A stretch of DNA of 62,228 nt, filler included. It is 3 parts of 3 records of this genome, joined end to end, with 100 filler letters (N's around TTAATTAATTAA, not from the genome) between each part and the next. Parts side by side here need not be neighbours in the genome. Positions count along the whole stretch, not along the records: positions 1 to 30,616 come from SRR31156797_1180; positions 30,717 to 56,641 come from SRR31156797_1182; 1 more part is not named here. One strand, written 5' to 3'. The position numbers were made by a program, and so were the translations under genes. The first letter of the stretch is position 1. Every line of letters begins with the position of its first letter. The notes beneath the pieces were generated by a model. That model did not search any database and had not been told where the DNA came from. It was given only the letters and a program-made list of their open reading frames with translations. Of the stretch, positions 28,185 to 36,951 are shown one piece after another.

Positions 28185-30215
28185 ATGCAATGGAAAGACC
28201 TTAAACTAAAGTATAAACTTGCAGTAGGTTTCGGAGGGATCATTATCATATTGATGCTCATCGGAACAATCAACATCATCGAGTTTAGTAAAATCAAGGA
28301 TGATTCCCACGAGATTGCAAACCACTTTTTGCCTGGTGCTGAAATTGCTTTTACACTCGAACGCGAAACCCTTGAAATAACCAGCCTCATTAATGAATTT
28401 TCTCTAACCAACCAGTATCATTTCATAGATGAAGCCACCTCCAAAATAGATGAGTTGAAGGTATATCTTGAACGCACATCAAATTCCAATGCAAATGATG
28501 CTTCAAATCAAAAAATCACAACAATGATCACTGAAGCACTAAGATCGCTCAATGATTATGAACTATTGATGGGAGAAATGCGGCAGGCTGTAATGAACCT
28601 GGGTAAAAACAGGGCTTCAATGGATGAGGCCTCAGGTGTATTTTTGGATAATTGCTTCGACTACCTCCGCAGCCAGGAAGCCACACTGGCCTATGAACTG
28701 GATGCCAGAACAGGTAAAAGAGTTTCGCTTGAGAAAATTACGCTCATCAATAATGTGATTGACATTGGTAACTTTATGCGTATCGAAAATTTTAAAGCAC
28801 AGGCCAACCGGGACTTCTCCGGGCAGAAAGACTTTGAAGAACAATTTAAGCAAATAGATGAATACCTGTCAAATCTGGAAGGTCTGGAAACAGATAAAGA
28901 TAACCTTTACTACCTCGAAAACATCAGGGAATCAGCAAAAAATTATCATGCAGCCATCACAGACTTCATCAATAATTTTAACAACCTGCAATTAACCAAC
29001 CTTCAGGTTTCCGAAATTGGAGACAGGATGGTAAAAACTTTTGTGAAACAAGCAACAGTGGGGAGCAACAAATCCCGCTCTTTTGCCAGCGAAACCATTC
29101 AAAACATAAAATCATCGCAGCAAATACTGCTTACCGGATTAATAATAGCCATGCTTTTGAGCGTATTTCTTGGTTTCCAGATCACGAGATCGATAAGCCT
29201 GCCTATGAAAAAAGGGGTAGCGTTTGCTCGTGAGATTTCAGAAGGGAACCTTAATGCATCCATTGATATTGACAGCAAGGATGAAATGGGAGAGCTTTCG
29301 GAATCGCTCAATAAAATGAAGGAGAAGTTATCCAACACCATATCATCCATACAAACGGCAGCGCATCACATTGCCGAAACCAGCAGCCTGATGAGCCGGA
29401 CATCCCAGAACATCTCACAAGGCAGCACCCAACAGGCATCTTCGGCCGAAGAAATTTCAGCCTCGATGCAGCAGATGTCAGCCAGTATTTCGCAAAATAC
29501 CGCCAATGCCCAGCGGACTGAAGGTATTGCCGAAAAAGCTGCAAATAAAATGAACAATGGAAAGAACAATGTTATCGAGGTCACCGATGCCATCAAGGAG
29601 ATCGCCGAAAAGATCAGTATAATTGGTGATATTGCTTATCAAACCAATATCCTCTCTCTCAATGCCGCCGTTGAAGCAGCACGCGCCGGCGAGTTCGGGA
29701 AAGGTTTTGCGGTGGTTGCCGATGAGGTAAAAAAGCTTGCCGAGCGCAGCCAGGAAGCGGCCATGGAAATTGATAAGGTTTCAGGAGCGGGTGTTAAACT
29801 TGCTGAAGACTCAAAGATCCTGATCAATGAAATCGTACCACAAATTGAGGATACCCTGAAGCTGGTCCAGGAAATTACATCCTCAAGCATGGAGCAAAAT
29901 TCAGGTGCTGAACAGGTGAACGAATCCATCCAGCAATTTAACCAGGTAATTCAACAAAATGCATCTGCAGCTCAGGAGATGGCCACAAACGCTGAAGAAC
30001 TGGCAAGCCAGGCTGAATACCTGAAAGAAATGACGGCTTTCTTTAATACCGGGATGGCCACCACACCCGTGCAAAAGAAACCCACCAACAATAAACCTAA
30101 AAAACCTCAACTCAAACAGTTGGAAAAATCACTGCAAATTAAAAGCAACCAGAAACATGGCGTTGACATCAAACTGGGAAGCGACAGACTGGATCAGGAA
30201 TTTGAAAAATTTTAA
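28185..30215 (+). CDS. Methyl-accepting chemotaxis protein
   Basis: Two TM helices around a long helical sensor domain, HAMP (DEMGEL), [34 protein letters not shown]-terminal EFEKF pentapeptide-like tail. Confidence 0.95.
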   Translation: MQWKDLKLKYKLAVGFGGIIIILMLIGTINIIEFSKIKDDSHEIANHFLPGAEIAFTLERETLEITSLINEFSLTNQYHFIDEATSKIDELKVYLERTSNSNANDASNQKITTMITEALRSLNDYELLMGEMRQAVMNLGKNRASMDEASGVFLDNCFDYLRSQEATLAYELDARTGKRVSLEKITLINNVIDIGNFMRIENFKAQANRDFSGQKDFEEQFKQIDEYLSNLEGLETDKDNLYYLENIRESAKNYHAAITDFINNFNNLQLTNLQVSEIGDRMVKTFVKQATVGSNKSRSFASETIQNIKSSQQILLTGLIIAMLLSVFLGFQITRSISLPMKKGVAFAREISEGNLNASIDIDSKDEMGELSESLNKMKEKLSNTISSIQTAAHHIAETSSLMSRTSQNISQGSTQQASSAEEISASMQQMSASISQNTANAQRTEGIAEKAANKMNNGKNNVIEVTDAIKEIAEKISIIGDIAYQTNILSLNAAVEAARAGEFGKGFAVVADEVKKLAERSQEAAMEIDKVSGAGVKLAEDSKILINEIVPQIEDTLKLVQEITSSSMEQNSGAEQVNESIQQFNQVIQQNASAAQEMATNAEELASQAEYLKEMTAFFNTGMATTPVQKKPTNNKPKKPQLKQLEKSLQIKSNQKHGVDIKLGSDRLDQEFEKF

Positions 30216-30229
30216 ACAAATATTGATGG

Positions 30230-30616
30230 GTGCGAGCTAATAACCTGCATAAAGTTTATAATGCCGAACTTACAAAGGATGAATTTGACCGGTTAAGCAA
30301 ATTTATTTTTCGTGAATATGGTATTAAATTGCCTGAGCATAAAAAATTAATGCTTCAGGGCAGACTGCGTTCAAGGCTTAAGGCATGTAATTACGACAAC
30401 TTCAGTTCATACATCGACTACGTTTTTAGTAACGAGGGCCAGCAAATCGAACTTGTTCACATGATCGATGTGGTAACCACCAACAAAACTGATTTTTTCA
30501 GGGAACCTGATCATTTTGATTTTTTATTCAAAAATGTAATCGAGGATTTTTATAAGAGAACCAGGTCGTCAACAACATTTAAAATATGGAGTGCCGGCTG
30601 TTCAACCGGTGAAGAA
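30230..30616 (+). CDS. cheR: Chemotaxis methyltransferase CheR (3' truncated at contig end)
   Basis: YGIKLPEHK, VTTNKTDFFREPDHF, IWSAGCSTGEE. Confidence 0.92.
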
Positions 30617-30716
30617 NNNNNNNNNNNNNNNNNNNNNNNNNNNNNNNNNNNNNNNNNNNNTTAATTAATTAANNNNNNNNNNNNNNNNNNNNNNNNNNNN
30701 NNNNNNNNNNNNNNNN
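30617..30716. other. Artificial contig spacer
   Basis: N44-TTAATTAATTAA-N44 (stop codons in all six frames). Confidence 0.97.
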
Positions 30717-30721
30717 AGACT

Positions 30722-30747
30722 GTCATTCCGAGCGTAGCGAGGAATCT
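30722..30747. repeat. REP-like palindromic element at contig edge
   Basis: GTCATTCCGAGCGTAGCGAGGAATCT, an imperfect hairpin resembling a dispersed repeat family common in Bacteroidota. Confidence 0.6.
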
Positions 30748-30835
30748 ATTCTACGCTTGTCGGACACTATTGATTGCTAATGATTATTTGGTGCTAAATA
30801 CCACATAAAAGTTTTTGGGGAAGACGATCATTTTA

Positions 30836-31465
30836 TCAAAAAGCATATCCTATCGAAAATTCTCCATAAAACGGATTCATAAAATCGTATTCCGTCTCAA
30901 AGACATCAATAGCTTCCTCAATTTCAGGTGTGCCTGGGTTTGCCTCGCGACTTTGCCAGCTTAATCCATAGCCCAGTGCAAAAGTAATGTTGAAACCATT
31001 GCTCCAAACCCAACGTTTACCGGCATTCAATCCAATTGTAAAATCAGGGCGTTCAAACTTGAAATCTGTACCTTCCATCGTCCCTTCTCCTTCAAATACG
31101 CGATAACGTGTGTAGGCTCCGGCAAAAAGTGAATTCATCTGTGGCTTAAAATGATAGCGATAATTCAGGGTGAAGGCATAGCCATAAGGTTCAATGCTAG
31201 CCTCAGAATAAGTTTTAGGTATGAGTTCATAATCTCCTCTCAGCACAATGCCATGGTTTGGAGCGACAAGATATTCGTAATTAACTGAAAAAATCCCAAA
31301 TGCCACCGCCAGCGGGCACATGTTTATGGATTTGCGAAACTGGCTTACTTCAAGGCTGTCGCTTTTGCTTAGTTTTTGTGAACTTGCAGATTGGTTGATA
31401 AAAATTGAAAATAGTATTCCCAATGAAATTATTCTAAAATTTAATAATCTTGTTTTACTTTTCAT
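30836..31465 (-). CDS. Outer-membrane beta-barrel protein (DUF3575-like)
   Basis: Signal peptide, amphipathic strands (SVNYEY, LNYRYHF, AGKRWVW), C-terminal SIGYAF. Confidence 0.7.
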   Translation of the reverse strand: MKSKTRLLNFRIISLGILFSIFINQSASSQKLSKSDSLEVSQFRKSINMCPLAVAFGIFSVNYEYLVAPNHGIVLRGDYELIPKTYSEASIEPYGYAFTLNYRYHFKPQMNSLFAGAYTRYRVFEGEGTMEGTDFKFERPDFTIGLNAGKRWVWSNGFNITFALGYGLSWQSREANPGTPEIEEAIDVFETEYDFMNPFYGEFSIGYAF

Positions 31466-31667
31466 AATTCAATGCTTTTTTAATTTAACGTGTATTCTTT
31501 TTGGAAACAGGGTCTTACAGGCCCGGCAGCTCAATTTGATGCCACTGGAACCTGAAGACACAAAATAATTGTGTTGTTAATTTTCTGTCAATTTATTTTT
31601 AATCAATATTTAATGGTTCTTAATAAAATTTGATGCTGCAAAAATGAGATGATAAATATTGACTTTC

Positions 31668-31710
31668 GTCCTGAAAATGAGATTCAGGACTTCTTTACTA
31701 ATTTCAGTAC
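31668..31710 (-). promoter_or_regulatory. Putative operator of the adjacent AraC-type regulator
   Basis: Inverted repeat GTCCTGAA-7-TTCAGGAC plus a related TTCAGTAC 20 nt away, upstream of the beta-barrel gene. Confidence 0.45.
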
Positions 31711-31726
31711 TATTTGGGATTTAGCA

Positions 31727-33514
31727 CTATTTTTCTTTCGCTGATTTTATCCAGCCTGCAGGCGTGAGCCCTTCAGTTTTTTTAAAGTAATTGTTAAACA
31801 CACTTTTGGAGTTGAAGCCACTTTCGAAAGCCAACCCTAAAATTGTGATGTGGCTAAATTCAGGTTTAAGCGCTATGGATTTAAAATGCTCCAGCCTGAA
31901 ACGGTTGATAAACTCATTGAAATTTGTGCCTGTTTGGTCATTTATCAGGAAGGATAGTTTGTTGGGGTGTGCATTAATTTTGGAGGCTAATGCACTAAGG
32001 CTCAATTGTGGGTCAAGGAAAGGTTTTTCAGTAGTAATAAATTCGCAGGCACTTTTCATCAAAGCATCCAGTTCTGCTTTATCTGTTTTTTGGCCTTTGT
32101 CCTGTTTGGGTCCATTCTTGCTTTCCAGGATAAAATCTGTGCGGAATAAATCATCAAAACCCGCTTCAGATTTCAAAGCCCTTAGGAAGGGTTCGTGCCT
32201 GAAGTACATCAATTGCCCGCGCCGCTGGTCAACATAATCTTTTAACAGCGACAGCGCAAGGGATTTATGTTCTGAATTGGCCAAAATAAAAAGCTCGTAC
32301 GGAACAATCTGATCCAAATTTGCGGAAGCATTTCTCCAATCTTCAATAGTTTTTTCGTCAATTTCAGGGTAATTCTCCAAATTGATACATTTGAAAAGCA
32401 TATTGAGTTTATCTGCATCCTTAATGGCTTTAAGGCCATTTTTAAAATCCACTTTCTTGTTCAGCCAAATTAAACACATCAATTTAAAATGCCCGGCTAC
32501 CTCAAAATTTGGATCAAGGTTGATGGCTTTTTGAAAAAATTCCAGGGCTGTATTAAATTTCTTTTGCAGGTAATAATTGTATCCAAGGGTATAAAAGTGA
32601 TTGGCAGACAAGGGGTCCACAACCAAACATTTTTGTGAATATTTTTCAGCTTCCTTAAAATATCCGTTAGCCATCAGGAGTTCGGCCATAGCTTCAAGCC
32701 CGTCAGTAAAATCGGGGCTCAATTCCAGAAGTTCGCTAATTTGTTGAAAGGCCAGGGGATAATTCCACTCAGCCCAAAGGCTTCTACCAACAAAGCTTAA
32801 ATTATACTCCGGTAACTTTTTGTCGATATCCTGTGCCACAAGCAAATTATCCATCGCTTTTTGAATGGCCTCTTCGTAGGGCATGAAACCCCAGATTCCG
32901 AGAAGGCCATAACATTGCACATTTCCATAATAAGCACGGGCAAACCGGTTATCCTGCTCAATGGCAAGATCGTAAAACCCGATGGCCTTTTTAAAGGATT
33001 CAGGATTCCATTTTAGTTGATGAAACCTTCCTTTTAAAAACAGTTCATAGGCATTCACACTCGAAGTGGATTTTTTAACCAGGTGATCCCGGATTTCAAG
33101 GTGCCCGAAATTTTGCCTGATTTGTTCGGCAATCAGCAGGCTTACCTCATCCTGCAACGCAAAAATATCATCGAGCCTGCGGTCAAAGTTCCTCGACCAA
33201 TAGTGTGAGCCATCTTCCGTATTGATCAACTGTGCAGTAATCCTGACTTTTTGGCCGGCTTTTCGCATACTACCTTCCAGTACTGACGTTACCCCAAGTT
33301 GTTTGCCAATAGATCGTACATCTTCATTTTTACCTTTAAATGCGAAAACAGATGTGCGGGCAATTACCTTCAAGCCATCCACAGTTGTTAATGCATTGAT
33401 AATTTCCTCAGTAAGGCCATCGCTGAAATATTCGTTTTCAACATCAGCACTCATATTTACAAAAGGGAGCACCGCAATGGAAGTCTGGCTGTTCGGGTTT
33501 TGGCTACTAATCAT
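31727..33514 (-). CDS. TolB_N-like + TPR + AraC HTH transcriptional regulator
   Basis: SIAVLPFVNMS..EYFSDGLTEEII, TPR region, C-terminal FNEFINRFRL..ILGLAFESGFNSKSVFN..FKK..GLTP. Confidence 0.85.
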   Translation of the reverse strand: MISSQNPNSQTSIAVLPFVNMSADVENEYFSDGLTEEIINALTTVDGLKVIARTSVFAFKGKNEDVRSIGKQLGVTSVLEGSMRKAGQKVRITAQLINTEDGSHYWSRNFDRRLDDIFALQDEVSLLIAEQIRQNFGHLEIRDHLVKKSTSSVNAYELFLKGRFHQLKWNPESFKKAIGFYDLAIEQDNRFARAYYGNVQCYGLLGIWGFMPYEEAIQKAMDNLLVAQDIDKKLPEYNLSFVGRSLWAEWNYPLAFQQISELLELSPDFTDGLEAMAELLMANGYFKEAEKYSQKCLVVDPLSANHFYTLGYNYYLQKKFNTALEFFQKAINLDPNFEVAGHFKLMCLIWLNKKVDFKNGLKAIKDADKLNMLFKCINLENYPEIDEKTIEDWRNASANLDQIVPYELFILANSEHKSLALSLLKDYVDQRRGQLMYFRHEPFLRALKSEAGFDDLFRTDFILESKNGPKQDKGQKTDKAELDALMKSACEFITTEKPFLDPQLSLSALASKINAHPNKLSFLINDQTGTNFNEFINRFRLEHFKSIALKPEFSHITILGLAFESGFNSKSVFNNYFKKTEGLTPAGWIKSAKEK

Positions 33515-33645
33515 AATTGCTTTTAAAACAAGGGGCAAATTTAGGGATGATTTGGACTGAAAATCGGGATAATGAAGTGCTTAAGGTATTTTAAGATTAG
33601 CCTGCTTTGGGCAGCCATAACTCCGATTCATCAAATGGATTGAAA

Positions 33646-34983
33646 CTATTTTCTTTCCTCCCATTCACTTATGTCAATTTTTCCTTTATTGAATACCACC
33701 TCAGCCTTGCCCCGAATTTCAAACCCATCATAAATATTCAAATCGGAATTTTGATGGTGGGTTTTGGAACTGATGACACTTTTGGTTTCAGGATTCCAGA
33801 TTACAATATCAGCATCGCTTCCAGGTGTGATGACACCCTTGTTTGGGTAAAGGCCAAATATTTTTGCCGGATTTGAGGAAGTGAGTTCTACGAAACGGTT
33901 TAGGGATATATGATTTCTGAGCACACCAAAACTATAGAGCAACTCCAACCGGTGTTCAACGCCCCCGGCACCGTTGGGGATTTTTCGGAAATCATCTTTG
34001 CCCATCATTTTTTGCTCCAGCGTGAATGGGCAATGGTCTGTCCCGATTGTTGAAATGGTTCCATCGGCAACAGCTTCCCAAAGTTTTCGATTGTCGCCCT
34101 TTGTTCTGAGTGGAGGACTCATGACAAAGGCTGCCGCTTTGTCGAAATCCTGATTGTACTTTTCACCATCCAGCAACAAATATTGGGGACAGGTTTCAGC
34201 AATAACTTTTTGTCCTTTGGCCCGGGCCTGCCGAATGATTTCGATGGATTTAGCTGCTGATACATGAACAATGTAAACCGGGCAATCAGCCTTTTTTGCG
34301 AGGGCAATAACTTTTGCAACAGCGCATGCTTCCAATTCATCGGGCCTGGAAAGTTGATGCGCTTGTGGTCCCGGAATATCCATGCCGACATACTTGCTTC
34401 GAAGTTCCTCGATTGCATCCCCGTCCTCGCAATGCACAGTAACCAGACCGCCTTCTTCACCTACAATCTGCATCACCTTGAACAGTTCGTCATCCTGCAG
34501 ACCAATGCTGTTTTTATAGGCTATGTAGCATTTAAATGATTTGATGCCAAACTCATGTATGCAAGTTCTGATTTCGTCAGCAGTTTGTTTTCTCCACTCC
34601 ACCGGGCTCACATGAAACCTGACATTGATCAGGGATTTTTCTGCTTCCTTTTTCCTTTCAATCAAAGCATCCAAAATTGATTGGCCTCTTTTGGGAGTTA
34701 CAAAATCGATGATGGTGGTGGTGCCTCCATAAAGTGCTGCCCGGCTTCCCGTGTAAAAATCATCGGATGAATGGCCTGCCGGAGTTGGCAGCTCCATGTG
34801 CACGTGTGGGTCGATGCCACCGGGAAGAATGTACTTGCCGCCTGCATCAATGATTTCGACGTCTTGATTTCTAAGTTGAATATTGGGAGCAATTCGCTCA
34901 ATTTTTCCATTGCTTACCAAAACATCAGCATCAATAGTTTGATCTGAGTTGACAATCTTCCCGTTTTTTATTATCAAATCCAT
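33646..34983 (-). CDS. hydA: Dihydropyrimidinase / D-hydantoinase (HydA/HyuA-like)
   Basis: PGGIDPHVHM, GGTTT, VHCED, YIVHVS, ETCPQYL, MSPPLR, GTDHCPF, IPNG. Confidence 0.9.
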   Translation of the reverse strand: MDLIIKNGKIVNSDQTIDADVLVSNGKIERIAPNIQLRNQDVEIIDAGGKYILPGGIDPHVHMELPTPAGHSSDDFYTGSRAALYGGTTTIIDFVTPKRGQSILDALIERKKEAEKSLINVRFHVSPVEWRKQTADEIRTCIHEFGIKSFKCYIAYKNSIGLQDDELFKVMQIVGEEGGLVTVHCEDGDAIEELRSKYVGMDIPGPQAHQLSRPDELEACAVAKVIALAKKADCPVYIVHVSAAKSIEIIRQARAKGQKVIAETCPQYLLLDGEKYNQDFDKAAAFVMSPPLRTKGDNRKLWEAVADGTISTIGTDHCPFTLEQKMMGKDDFRKIPNGAGGVEHRLELLYSFGVLRNHISLNRFVELTSSNPAKIFGLYPNKGVITPGSDADIVIWNPETKSVISSKTHHQNSDLNIYDGFEIRGKAEVVFNKGKIDISEWEERK

Positions 34984-34995
34984 CTTGATGTACTT

Positions 34996-35631
34996 TTAGG
35001 AATCACATTTAGGGAATTCTTTTACAAAAAGGCCTTCACCAGTTTTTATGAAACCAACCCGCTTAAGATATTTTTCATGCCTCGGGCTGATACTATCAGA
35101 AATTGCCCTGCAAAATCCATCCTTCACAAATCTTTTTTGCAAGCCTTCGTAGAGGAACTTTCCATTGCGATAGTCGCGGTATTGTGGCACAACATAATCA
35201 AGGCCCACCTTGAGTGAATCTTCGTTTTCGCGATGTGCCAGAAAAATTCCGGCCACGTTTGTATTTCGCAACACAAAAAAACTAATGGTATTCATCTCGG
35301 GTTTGTAGGTAAAGCCCGGAAAGTATTTCTGAATTTCATTGTGATGAAAATCAAGGAATTTAAGCAGGTATCTGTTATCATTCCTGATTTCAAGGATATC
35401 GAAAAGGTCGCTGCGGCTGTAAATTTTGATGAGATAATAGATGTCGACGCAAACGATAAATCCGTTGAGTACAGCTACCGGCCAGGCCTGTATCAGTACA
35501 CCATAGGTTGCAAAAGTGAAAGCACCCACGAGGTTGATCCACCTGAACCGCAGGAAGGAGTTCATGGTCATCGACAGGGCAATGATGGCCGAAGCGGTAA
35601 AGCCGATATATTCGAGCATGTTTTGGTCCAT
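34996..35631 (-). CDS. YgjV-like inner membrane protein with soluble C-terminal domain
   Basis: N-terminal short TM helices (FRWINLVGAFTFATYG..WPVAVLNG) and C-terminal LDYVVPQYRDYRNGK..YLKRVGF, which looks GNAT-like. Confidence 0.6.
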   Translation of the reverse strand: MDQNMLEYIGFTASAIIALSMTMNSFLRFRWINLVGAFTFATYGVLIQAWPVAVLNGFIVCVDIYYLIKIYSRSDLFDILEIRNDNRYLLKFLDFHHNEIQKYFPGFTYKPEMNTISFFVLRNTNVAGIFLAHRENEDSLKVGLDYVVPQYRDYRNGKFLYEGLQKRFVKDGFCRAISDSISPRHEKYLKRVGFIKTGEGLFVKEFPKCDS

Positions 35632-35655
35632 TTAAATTGTTTTATTGTGCCGGTT

Positions 35656-36939
35656 TTAGCTATGCTGCTGCATGGTTTTCCACAGGCGTTGCGACTGCCC
35701 TTTGGTAAAAGCCAGCACTTCCTTTTCATTAACGGTTTGCAAAACTTTATCTTTAACTATCAATTTTCCGTTAGAAATGACATGCTGAATATGTCCGGAA
35801 TTTAAACCAAACATGAAATGCCCTAAAAAGTTTTCCGAAGTTACAGCTGTCGGGCTGTCATAGTCGAGCACAACAAGGTTGTTTTCACCATCTCCTTTAA
35901 AATTATTTTCAGCAATGTAACTATGAACATTCCTGAATCGTTGGTAAGTTGAATCAAAATCGATTGGATCATATTCTTTTCCTGCAAAAAATGCCCATTT
36001 CGCACTTCGCAGCATATCGCTGTGCATGCCATCTGTACCGAGGAAAATCCTGTCACCCAGGTTTGTGCTATTAAAATGGCCTACGTCATTGTTGAGATTA
36101 CTTTCAAGGTTTTCCACGATCCATGCCTGTGAATTCCTTACTTGTTCTTTTTCAGTTGAATCCAGGAAGAGACAGTGTCCAAGAATAGTCTTGGAAGTGT
36201 TAAGTATGCCATAACCATGTAACCGTTCAATCACGCGTATTCCATATTGATTAATACAGTTTTCCTGATCATACAGGTCTTCCGCCACATGAATATGCAT
36301 ACCTGAATTGTATTTTTCCATCAGGTTAGTGGACTTTTTCAGGGTTCGTTCATTAACCGTGAATGAAGCATGTAATCCCACCAAACCCTGATTTTTTTGT
36401 AGCCATGCTTCTGTCTCATCAAGGGCTTCATAGGTTTTTGCTTCACCATACCTGTCGGTGATTTCATAACTCAACAAATGACTGATGCCCACTTTTTCAA
36501 AAGCCTTTGCAATCACTTCAAGAGAGCCTTTCAGAAAATTGGGTGATGCATGATGATCGATCACAAAGGTAGAGCCGGCTTTTGCGGAAGCCATGGCAAT
36601 GGCAAGCGCACTGGCTTCAATCATTTCCTTGTCGAGGGATTGATCCAGGTTCCACCAGATGTATTGCAGTACCTCCCTGAAATTTTCCGGGTTTTTTGCC
36701 GGTGCTCCCATACCTCTTGCCAGTGCCGAATACACATGGTGATGCCCCACAGCAAAGGATTTGGTAACCAGTTTTCCTGTACAATCTATCACCTCAATAC
36801 CAGGAATATTTGCTGTGATTGGCTGAGGTTCAGAATGAATCTGGATTTTTTCGTCAACACCTTCGTGGACCAAAATGTCCGCCTTTTGAAAGTCGAGGGT
36901 TCCCCAGTTGATGTAAGTTGCGTTTTTTAACAGAACCAT
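35656..36939 (-). CDS. ssnA: SsnA-like amidohydrolase
   Basis: GHHHVYSALARG, WWNLD, IDHHASP, GLHASFT, HIHVAE, LGTDGM; context with ygfK/xdh. Confidence 0.82.
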   Translation of the reverse strand: MVLLKNATYINWGTLDFQKADILVHEGVDEKIQIHSEPQPITANIPGIEVIDCTGKLVTKSFAVGHHHVYSALARGMGAPAKNPENFREVLQYIWWNLDQSLDKEMIEASALAIAMASAKAGSTFVIDHHASPNFLKGSLEVIAKAFEKVGISHLLSYEITDRYGEAKTYEALDETEAWLQKNQGLVGLHASFTVNERTLKKSTNLMEKYNSGMHIHVAEDLYDQENCINQYGIRVIERLHGYGILNTSKTILGHCLFLDSTEKEQVRNSQAWIVENLESNLNNDVGHFNSTNLGDRIFLGTDGMHSDMLRSAKWAFFAGKEYDPIDFDSTYQRFRNVHSYIAENNFKGDGENNLVVLDYDSPTAVTSENFLGHFMFGLNSGHIQHVISNGKLIVKDKVLQTVNEKEVLAFTKGQSQRLWKTMQQHS

Positions 36940-36951
36940 AATACAAAGTGT

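Noticed and set aside
30617-30716. TTAATTAATTAA palindrome inside N-runs (also 56642-56741)
   Set aside because: Identical synthetic linker used to concatenate contigs; not biological.
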